A stretch of 64,000 bases of DNA from an uncultured Gammaproteobacteria bacterium (GTDB lineage: Bacteria; Pseudomonadota; Gammaproteobacteria; UBA9214). The DNA lies in contig CAVVHS010000005.1 of assembly GCA_963748215.1 (NCBI GenBank), positions 40,922 through 104,921 on the forward strand. The letters are read 5' to 3'. A model generated the notes under the pieces. That model saw nothing but the letters and a program-made list of their open reading frames with translations. It did no database searches and had not been told where the DNA came from. Of the stretch, positions 56,932 through 64,000 are shown one piece after another (position 1 is the first letter of the stretch; every line of letters starts with the position of its first letter). A program made the translations under genes and the position numbers.

Positions 56932-57324
56932 ATGAAAAACGTTAAAACAATTCTTGCCGCCGCTGCAATTGCCGGCTTGGTCGCAGTCCCGATGTCATCC
57001 GCCCATGCTTGGGGCGGTAATGACTGGGGTTCCGACTGGGGCCCCTTCGACGGTGATGGGTGGGGTGATATGGACTTCAACATGAGCGGTGGTGGTTCCG
57101 GTCGTGGCCATGGTCGTGGCTACGGTCGTGGCTATGGCTACGGCTATGGTGGTGGCCCGTACGGTTACGGCGGCTACCCTGGCTATGGCGGCTGGGGTGG
57201 TCCTGGCTATGGCGGCGGCTATCCCGGTGGCTATGGCGGTGGTTATCCCGGTGGCTACGGCGGCTATGCCCCCTATGGCTATGCTCCGGTTGCCCCGGCT
57301 GCACCGGCTGCACCAAGCCAGTAA
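56932..57324 (+). CDS. Secreted Gly/Tyr-rich repetitive protein, sulfur-globule-protein-like (130 aa)
   Basis: GAGG RBS. Signal peptide [26 protein letters not shown]. Mature part [19 protein letters not shown]...[57 protein letters not shown]. Confidence 0.75.
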   Translation: MKNVKTILAAAAIAGLVAVPMSSAHAWGGNDWGSDWGPFDGDGWGDMDFNMSGGGSGRGHGRGYGRGYGYGYGGGPYGYGGYPGYGGWGGPGYGGGYPGGYGGGYPGGYGGYAPYGYAPVAPAAPAAPSQ

Positions 57325-57358
57325 GTCCTGCCCAGGCAGTTCTTCACTATGCTCCATT

Positions 57359-57386
57359 CGGCGGCCTTCGGGTCGCCGTTTTCTTT
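57359..57386 (+). terminator. Rho-independent terminator of the Gly/Tyr-rich gene
   Basis: Stem cggcggcc / ggtcgccg with loop ttcg, followed by ttttcttt. Confidence 0.75.
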
Positions 57387-57635
57387 CCTGGGAACGGCAA
57401 CTACTGGCCGATCCTGGTCCTGGACGAGGCGCTTGTATAAGATTTCGCTAAACAGCGGCAGACGACCCGTTGCAGCCATTCAAGCTGAATATCTGAACGT
57501 CTGAAAAAGCAGAAGAGACGGATGCACACATAATGCTGCGCTAATCGATCGGTCATGTGGCCGGCGTCGGGGTGCCCGGCAGAAATCGGAGTCTGAGGGC
57601 CTGTGGATGATGTCGGAAATCTGCGCTTCTCGGAT

Positions 57636-58895
57636 TTACATGATGGTCTGCAGGGCGTCGTGAGCCTGCTCAAATGCGTTGATATACAGTACGTTCAATT
57701 CCCCGGTTGGCAACAATTCGCAGGCCGGGTCGTGCCAGTTGCCGCGTTCCAACGCTATAGCGCACTTGATCTGATCGCCATAGTGGCCAGTCTGATGGGT
57801 CAGGGCCTGCGCTACCTCGTCTGGCAGGGGCAATTGTCTCACCAGCTCCTTAATGGGCATATCCAGCAAGGTATCAAGCACCGATAGCAGTCCCACAATG
57901 TAAGCACTCTCCGGGGTTCCTGTGTCGAGGCTGCGAGACAGGGACTCGCACAGATAGGCTCGTACCATGCCGGTAGTGATGACCTCGGCGGATTTGTCTG
58001 TCTGGCGTGCCATGATTACCAGAGAGACCCAGGCACGGATGCGGGCCATGCCGATATAGATTACGGCCTGGCGGATGGAATCCATCTGGCGGGGAAGGCC
58101 CAAACCCGCCGAGTTGATATATTTGAGTGCCTTGAAGCTCAGCGACGGATCCTGTGCAATGAGTCGTTCTAGGGTGTCGATGGTGCAGTCGGGATTATTG
58201 AGTTTGGCCAGCAATTGCAATATAACCACCTGGTTTTGTTGCAGCCGGCGGCCGCTGACCAACTTGGGTTTGGCGAAGAAGTAGCCTTGGAACAGGTCGA
58301 ACCCGAGCCGGTAGGCGAGCTCGAATTCAGCCTGGGTTTCCACCTTCTCTGCCAACAGGATCAGGCCCTGCTCCTTGAGGGCCTGCAAATGGTCGGCTAG
58401 AGCCTCCAAATCCAAACCGGTGATGTCCACCTTGATATGCGATACAAATGGCAGCAAGGGATCCCAGCGGGATTCAAAGCGATAGTCGTCCAGGGCCACC
58501 TGGTAGCCTGCCTCGGTCAGGCTCCTGACCGCCTCGATCAGCGGCGGGTCCACCGGGATGTCCTCCAAGACTTCAAGCACCACCCGGTCTTTATAAAAGG
58601 GAATTGGCGGCAGTTCGGTGAAGAAGGTCTTGGTTAGATTGACGAAGATTTTGTGGGGACCTGCGATGCGCTCCAGGCCGATTTCAATGAAAGTGTTGAG
58701 CAAGGTGCGTGAAGTCGCCAGATCGCCATCGAAATCCCGTCCTGGCCCATGTCCCGCTTCGCGGTACAGTAGCTCGTATGCTTGGGTGTTGAGATTTCTA
58801 TCGAGGATTGCTTGGCGGCCCACCTGGACTGTATCGTGAACACGCTGCTTGTGGGCAGCTTGCCTATTCTTAAGTGGGCTTGACTGTTTTGACAT
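57636..58895 (-). CDS. EAL-domain + HDOD-domain signalling protein
   Basis: 419 aa. EAL-type residues are present (AYELLYR, FVNLT, VLEVLED, ALDDYRF, IKVD, LLAEKVET, FQGYFF). The C-terminal HDOD-like region contains ALKYINSAGLGL. G+C is lower than the surrounding genes. Confidence 0.8.
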   Translation of the reverse strand: MSKQSSPLKNRQAAHKQRVHDTVQVGRQAILDRNLNTQAYELLYREAGHGPGRDFDGDLATSRTLLNTFIEIGLERIAGPHKIFVNLTKTFFTELPPIPFYKDRVVLEVLEDIPVDPPLIEAVRSLTEAGYQVALDDYRFESRWDPLLPFVSHIKVDITGLDLEALADHLQALKEQGLILLAEKVETQAEFELAYRLGFDLFQGYFFAKPKLVSGRRLQQNQVVILQLLAKLNNPDCTIDTLERLIAQDPSLSFKALKYINSAGLGLPRQMDSIRQAVIYIGMARIRAWVSLVIMARQTDKSAEVITTGMVRAYLCESLSRSLDTGTPESAYIVGLLSVLDTLLDMPIKELVRQLPLPDEVAQALTHQTGHYGDQIKCAIALERGNWHDPACELLPTGELNVLYINAFEQAHDALQTIM

Positions 58896-59417
58896 CCTTG
58901 GAGCCTCTCTCCGTCTACATTATGTCGTCCGTCCCACTTGTGACTTGAGATCATCATCCCCGCTTTTCGCTTCAGGTTTTGCACTGGATTTCATTGACCG
59001 TTTGGCGGCCCGGATCCCTAAGCCCTGAGTGAACCTGACCCGGCAACACGGTCTGCACACCCCATCGTATTTTTGATCCAAGTTGCAGCGGATTGATAAC
59101 GGTAATTTAATAATCGCTGACAGTATTAAAACGGACGTTTACTGGAATGTGGCAAATGACGTGTATTGGCCGGTAGTTGCCGCCCAGTAACCACGTATCC
59201 GCGGAGTTTTCTTTAACCGGAAACGGCAAATTTATTACCAATAGCAGACATTCAGAAATACCGCTTAGTTACCCGCGTACCGGAAATTTCGTTTCCAGGT
59301 GCAGGCGGTCATTCAGCAATCATGCTGACTCACTTTTGACCAACCTATCACTCCCTGCTTTTCACTTTCGGGCGCTAGCTGCTTCGCATTTATTCAGCGG
59401 CGCCTGCAGGCACCCTG

Positions 59418-60821
59418 TTATCGGCGTTTCTTCGCGACGTGTTTTTTCAGGCGCACCTTGCGCTTGACCTGGCGCGGCGTTAGCGTGTTCCTGCGTCCCT
59501 GGTAGGGATTCGCGCCGGTCTTGAACTCGATGCGGATCGGTGTTCCCGTCAGCTGCATGGCGGTACGAAAGGTATTCACCAGGTAACGACGGTAGGTCGC
59601 TGGCACGGCGGCGGTCTGGTTGCCGTGAATCACGATGACCGGCGGATTGCGGCCGCCCTGGTGGGCGTAGCGCAGCTTGATACGCCGGCCACGCACCAGC
59701 GGCGGCTGGTGTGCCTGCACGGCGCGTTCCAGGATCCGGGTCAGTTCCGGCGTGGACAGCTCGCGCGTTGCCGACTCATGGGCCTGCCGGACCTGGGGAA
59801 ACAGCTCGCCCACGCCGGTACCGTGTTTTGCGGAAATGAAGGTCCTGGTGGCGAAGTCGAGAAACGGCAGGCGCCGGTTCAACTGCTCGCGGATCGTATC
59901 GCGCGCATGACTGTCCAGGCCATCCCACTTGTTGACCGCGACGATCAGCGCCCGCCCCTTCTCGGTAATATAACCGGCCAGACTGGCATCCTGTTCACTG
60001 ATCTGGCGCTGTGCATCCAGCACCAGGATGACCACGTGAGCGGCATCGATGGCCTGCAGCGTCTTGATGACGCTGAACTTCTCGACAGTTTCCTGGACGC
60101 GCGCGCGGCGCCGCACGCCGGCCGTGTCGATCAGGGTGTAGTCCACGTCGTCACGCCGCAGCGGGATGAATATGCTGTCCCGCGTCGTACCCGGCATGTC
60201 GAACACCAGCACGCGTTCCTCGCCCAGCATACGGTTGATGAGCGTCGACTTGCCGGCATTCGGGCGTCCGACCACGGCGACGCGGATACTGCCATCCCCG
60301 GCTTCTGCCGTACCGTCTTGCGCCGCGGCGGACGGCAGCCGCGTCATCGCCAGATCCATTAGCGCACCGACGCCACGCCCGTGGCTGGCGGCAATCGGCA
60401 CCGGGTCGCCCAGGCCGAGCGTGTAAAAATCCGCCAGCGCGGTTGTTTCATCGATACCGTCGGTCTTGTTGACGACGAGGATGCAGGGCTTGCCGGTGCG
60501 GCGCAGTGCGACGGCCACCGTCTCGTCCAGCGCGGTCAGGCCGTCACGTGCATCGACCATGAAGAACACCAGGTCCGCCTCGGTCACGGCCTGCCAGGCC
60601 TGGCGGGCCATCATCCCTTCCAGGTCACCGTTTTCACCGGTCAGGCCACCGGTGTCGATGGCGATATACGGGCGTTCGCCGAGCCGGCCGTCGCCGTACT
60701 GGCGATCGCGCGTCAGCCCGGGAAAGTCGGCAACCAGGGCATCGCGGGTGCGGGTGATGCGGTTGAACAGGGTCGACTTGCCGACGTTCGGACGACCCAC
60801 GAGTGCAATGACCGGTAACAT
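59418..60821 (-). CDS. der: Ribosome biogenesis GTPase Der (EngA)
   Basis: 467 aa. Tandem G domains [12 protein letters not shown] and [12 protein letters not shown], and a KH-like C-terminus. Confidence 0.97.
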   Translation of the reverse strand: MLPVIALVGRPNVGKSTLFNRITRTRDALVADFPGLTRDRQYGDGRLGERPYIAIDTGGLTGENGDLEGMMARQAWQAVTEADLVFFMVDARDGLTALDETVAVALRRTGKPCILVVNKTDGIDETTALADFYTLGLGDPVPIAASHGRGVGALMDLAMTRLPSAAAQDGTAEAGDGSIRVAVVGRPNAGKSTLINRMLGEERVLVFDMPGTTRDSIFIPLRRDDVDYTLIDTAGVRRRARVQETVEKFSVIKTLQAIDAAHVVILVLDAQRQISEQDASLAGYITEKGRALIVAVNKWDGLDSHARDTIREQLNRRLPFLDFATRTFISAKHGTGVGELFPQVRQAHESATRELSTPELTRILERAVQAHQPPLVRGRRIKLRYAHQGGRNPPVIVIHGNQTAAVPATYRRYLVNTFRTAMQLTGTPIRIEFKTGANPYQGRRNTLTPRQVKRKVRLKKHVAKKRR

Positions 60822-60890
60822 GGCGTCGGGTAAGGAATCGTGTTGGCTGGAAAAGCTGCGCTGCCGGCGCGCACAGGCGCCGGCGGCCGG

Positions 60891-62063
60891 CTATTTATCT
60901 TTCAGGGTGTAGGCAATCAGCTTGCCGGAATTACCGAACACGTACAGCGTGTCCTTGATCGCCAGCGGCCTGGCGCGAATACCCGCGCCGTCCGCCTCGA
61001 TACGTGCGGCGATGTGTCCGTCATAGCGCGACAGCAGGTGCACATAGCCCTGCGAATCGGCAACGACGACATAATCGCCGAACGGTTGCGGGGCGGTCAG
61101 GCCGCGCCATGCCAGGCTGTCGTTCTTCCATGCCGAGGCCCCCGTGTTGCGTGACAGCGCCCACACCTGGCTCTTGTCATCGGTGATGTAGACCTGCGAG
61201 AAGTCCACGCCCAGGCCCGCACTGGAAGACATATCGCGTTCCCAGCCGACGTTGCCGCTGCGCAGTTCGAGCATGGCGATACGGCCCTGGTAGGTGGTAA
61301 CGAACACGGCACCGCCGACGATCACCGGATCGCCGTCGATATCGACGATGCGCTCGAGTTCGGAGCGTCCCTGCGGGACGGCAATGCTCTTCTCCCAGAC
61401 CGGGAATCCCCTGTCAGCGCTGAACGCTACCAGCTTGCCGTTGGAGAAACCGGCCACCACCAGCCCCAGCGATACCGCCGGGGTGCTGGTGCCACGCAAG
61501 GTGAGCACCGGCACCGTCCGGTCGTTGATCCACAATTGACTGCCATCGGCGCCGTCCAGTGCGGCGATACTGCCATCGGCGGTTTGCACGATGACCTTGT
61601 CGAGGTCGATCCTGGGCACCGACAGCACCTCGCTGCTGACATCAACCCGCCAGCGCACGGCGCCGTCCCCGGCATCCAGCGCGATCACTTCCGCATCACT
61701 GCTGCCGACCACCACCATACCCTCGCCGACCCCTGGACCGGCCGCGAGCGCGGTGTCCATGTCAGTCGACCACAAGCGCTTGCCGCTTGCTGCATCGAGC
61801 GCCACGACCCGGCCCTTGCGGTCGGCGACGTACAATCGATCGCCGGCAACAGCCGGCTGCAGGTTGATGAACTGTTCGTCGTAACCGACGCCGATATCCA
61901 CGCTCCAGCGTTTGTCGAATTGTGCCGACGCCTCGATGTCGGTCAGCGGTGTCGGCGGTTCGGCGTTGTCATCACCGCCGAGGATGCTGTCGAACCATGA
62001 CGACATCGTCGAGCAGCCGGACAACAGGCTGCCGAGCAGGAACAGCAGCAGGACCTGTCTCAC
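60891..62063 (-). CDS. bamB: Outer membrane protein assembly factor BamB
   Basis: 390 aa. Lipobox LLSGCS and PQQ-like beta-propeller repeats. Lies between yfgM and der. Confidence 0.93.
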   Translation of the reverse strand: MRQVLLLFLLGSLLSGCSTMSSWFDSILGGDDNAEPPTPLTDIEASAQFDKRWSVDIGVGYDEQFINLQPAVAGDRLYVADRKGRVVALDAASGKRLWSTDMDTALAAGPGVGEGMVVVGSSDAEVIALDAGDGAVRWRVDVSSEVLSVPRIDLDKVIVQTADGSIAALDGADGSQLWINDRTVPVLTLRGTSTPAVSLGLVVAGFSNGKLVAFSADRGFPVWEKSIAVPQGRSELERIVDIDGDPVIVGGAVFVTTYQGRIAMLELRSGNVGWERDMSSSAGLGVDFSQVYITDDKSQVWALSRNTGASAWKNDSLAWRGLTAPQPFGDYVVVADSQGYVHLLSRYDGHIAARIEADGAGIRARPLAIKDTLYVFGNSGKLIAYTLKDK

Positions 62064-62725
62064 TGCCCGGCCTCCGTCCCGTCACCGCCGAGCGCGCGGG
62101 CATTGTCAAACTTGAGCTGCAGCAGGTGACTGCCAGGATAGTCCGCGGCGGCAATCGACAGTGCCTTGCTGTAAGCCGTGGCGGCCAGTTCCTGGTGCCC
62201 GCGCGCACTGTGGATATCGCCCTTGAGTTCGACAAACATCACTTCCGTATCGGCCTCCGGACCCGCCGCGAGCAGCACGGCCTCGGCGCCGTCGACATCC
62301 TGCAGTGCCAGCATGACGCGCGCCAGCCGCAGACGTGCGATGAGGCGGGTGTAATCCACGTCCGCATTGTCGACCACCCACTGCAGCTGCGTCTGCGCGG
62401 CTTCCAGCTCACCTTCCTCGATCCTCAACCGGGCGATGGCGAGCGCCGCCAGCGCGGCGTACGGCGAGCCGCTGTAATCGGAGATCAGAATGCCGGCGCG
62501 TTCGGTCGTTGCCATGCGGTCGCCCTGCTCCAGCGTCGCGATCATCGAGGTATAGATATCGGATGCCTGCTGGGCGATGTTCTCACGCCAGGCAAACCAG
62601 GCCTTGGTGCCGAACAGGACAGCGATGCCGAGAATCACCCCGGTAATGATCGAGCTGCCGTTCGCCTGCCACCATTTCTTGATTGTTTCGAGCTGCTGCT
62701 GTTCTGTTACATTCGTTTCCATCAA
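62060..62725 (-). CDS. yfgM: YfgM family protein (TM + TPR-like, SecYEG-ancillary)
   Basis: 221 aa. N-terminal EQQQLETIKKWWQANGSSIITGVILG (TM). Its stop overlaps the bamB start by 4 nt. hisS-yfgM-bamB-der order is conserved. Confidence 0.88.
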   Translation of the reverse strand: MMETNVTEQQQLETIKKWWQANGSSIITGVILGIAVLFGTKAWFAWRENIAQQASDIYTSMIATLEQGDRMATTERAGILISDYSGSPYAALAALAIARLRIEEGELEAAQTQLQWVVDNADVDYTRLIARLRLARVMLALQDVDGAEAVLLAAGPEADTEVMFVELKGDIHSARGHQELAATAYSKALSIAAADYPGSHLLQLKFDNARALGGDGTEAGQ

Positions 62726-62744
62726 GGACTCCCGTCTCTGTCGA

Positions 62745-64000
62745 TTATTCCGGCTGCCCGGTTGCCGGCGCCATTTTGAGCATGTCGCGCAAGCGCTCCT
62801 TCAGTTGTTGTTGCGGCACCGCAAACTGCTCAGCCGTATCCCGCAGCGGCTTGATGACCACGGCCTGCTGCGCAGCCTCCTCGTCACCGATCACCAGCGC
62901 GTACGCCGCCCCGCTGCGGTCCGCGCGCTTGAACTGGCTTTTGAAACTGCCGCCGCCGCAATTGGTTTCCACGCGCAGGCGCGGCTCCGCGGTACGCAGT
63001 TCCTCGGCGTACACCATACCCCGTTGCATGCCTTGTACGCCGCTCAGCACCAGGTAAAAATGCAGGTCGGCCTCCGGCTGCCGTGTTTTGCCCGCCAGCA
63101 GCAGCGCATGCAGGCGCTCCAGGCCGATGGCGAAACCGAACGCCGGGGTCGGCCGGCCACCGAGGTACTCGACCAGGCCATCATAACGTCCACCGGCGCA
63201 GATCGTGCCCTGCGCGCCGAGCTGGTCAGTCACCCATTCGAACACGGTCTTCGAATAGTAATCCAGGCCGCGCACCAGCCGCGGGTTCAGCACGTAGTCT
63301 ATCCCTGCCGCATCCAGCAGGCTGCACAATCCGTCGAAGTGCTGGCGCGATTCGTCGTCGAGATAGTCCGCCAGGCTGGGCGCGGCTTCAATTACACCCT
63401 GCATTGCCGGATTCTTGCTGTCCAGGACGCGCAGCGGGTTGCCGTCGAGCCGCCGCCGGCTGTCCTCGTCAAGGTCATTCGCGCGGGACTGCAGGTACTC
63501 GAGCAGTGCGGTACGGTAGCTGGCACGTGCCGCCAGCGTGCCCAGCGAATTGAGCTGCAGCACTGTCTGCCCGATTCCGAGGCGCTGCCAGATGCGCGCG
63601 CTCATGAAGATCATCTCGGCATCGATGTCGGGACTCGCCATGCCGAAGGCCTCGACGCCGATCTGGTGGAACTGGCGATAGCGGCCCTTTTGCGGACGCT
63701 CGTGCCGGAACATCGGCCCGGCATACCAGAGCCGCTGCACCTGGTTGTACAGCAGACCGTGTTCCATGCAGGCGCGCACGCAGCCGGCCGTGCCTTCCGG
63801 ACGCAGTGTCAGGCTGTCGCCGTTGCGGTCCTCGAAGGTATACATCTCCTTTTCGACAATATCGGTAATCTCGCCGATCGAGCGCTTGAACAGCTCGGTC
63901 TTTTCCACCACCGGCAGGCGAATCTCGCGGTAACCGTAGGCATGCACTACCTCGCGCAGCACCGCCTCAAGATACTGCCAGGCGGTGGTATCGCCCGGCA
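62745..64000 (-). CDS. hisS: Histidine--tRNA ligase (N-terminus beyond the right edge)
   Basis: [50 protein letters not shown] (class II motifs). The frame stays open to the window end (..[17 protein letters not shown]). Confidence 0.95.
   Translation of the reverse strand, partial: PGDTTAWQYLEAVLREVVHAYGYREIRLPVVEKTELFKRSIGEITDIVEKEMYTFEDRNGDSLTLRPEGTAGCVRACMEHGLLYNQVQRLWYAGPMFRHERPQKGRYRQFHQIGVEAFGMASPDIDAEMIFMSARIWQRLGIGQTVLQLNSLGTLAARASYRTALLEYLQSRANDLDEDSRRRLDGNPLRVLDSKNPAMQGVIEAAPSLADYLDDESRQHFDGLCSLLDAAGIDYVLNPRLVRGLDYYSKTVFEWVTDQLGAQGTICAGGRYDGLVEYLGGRPTPAFGFAIGLERLHALLLAGKTRQPEADLHFYLVLSGVQGMQRGMVYAEELRTAEPRLRVETNCGGGSFKSQFKRADRSGAAYALVIGDEEAAQQAVVIKPLRDTAEQFAVPQQQLKERLRDMLKMAPATGQPE

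Noticed and set aside
59177-59467. 96-aa plus-strand ORF
   Set aside because: It overlaps the 3' end of der on the opposite strand, has no RBS, is a low-complexity S/R/F-rich translation, and lies in an AT-richer non-coding tract.

Overview
High-G+C (by eye mid-60s %) chromosomal segment of a gammaproteobacterium. It is probably a sulfur-oxidising lineage, because it carries two secreted Gly/Tyr-rich genes resembling sulfur-globule proteins and a DsrE-family gene. Most of the window is conserved housekeeping synteny, nearly all on the minus strand: htpG; rpsP-rimM-trmD-rplS; ffh divergent from ypjD-like/corB-like genes; msrB; radA; dnaB-alr; rpsF-rpsR-(membrane protein)-rplI; rnr-rlmB; tRNA-Leu(CAG); nnr-tsaE-amiB-mutL-miaA-hfq-hflX-hflK-hflC-DUF2065-hisZ-purA; queG; rsmI / lpoA-yraN-dolP; trhO; hisS-yfgM-bamB-der. 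No CRISPR array, transposase, integrase or rRNA was seen. Observations worth a second look: (1) a consensus sigma-54 promoter drives a terminator-bounded ~190-nt non-coding unit packed with AAnAAnAA/ACAAGAAC motifs in the ffh-rpsP gap, a candidate CrcZ-like Hfq-titrating sRNA outside the pseudomonads; (2) a ~130-bp MITE-like element occurs in three copies, and its terminal CTAG supplies the stop codon of the adjacent gene each time; (3) a five-heme c-type cytochrome has a Gly-rich/Cys C-terminal sorting-signal-like tail and a 16/19 Fur-box match over its promoter; (4) two paralogous ~89-aa proteins of unknown function share an invariant AEFCPLR motif, and one sits next to the DsrE-family gene; (5) a ~3.9-kb lower-G+C accessory patch between trhO and der holds a decayed porin, an orphan ORF, the second sulfur-globule-like gene and an EAL-HDOD protein; (6) several families of REP-like palindromic repeats form mosaic arrays in at least seven intergenic regions, one of which separates a MoxR ATPase gene from its usual partner gene. 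All functional calls come from reading the translations and motifs by eye; no database search was run.
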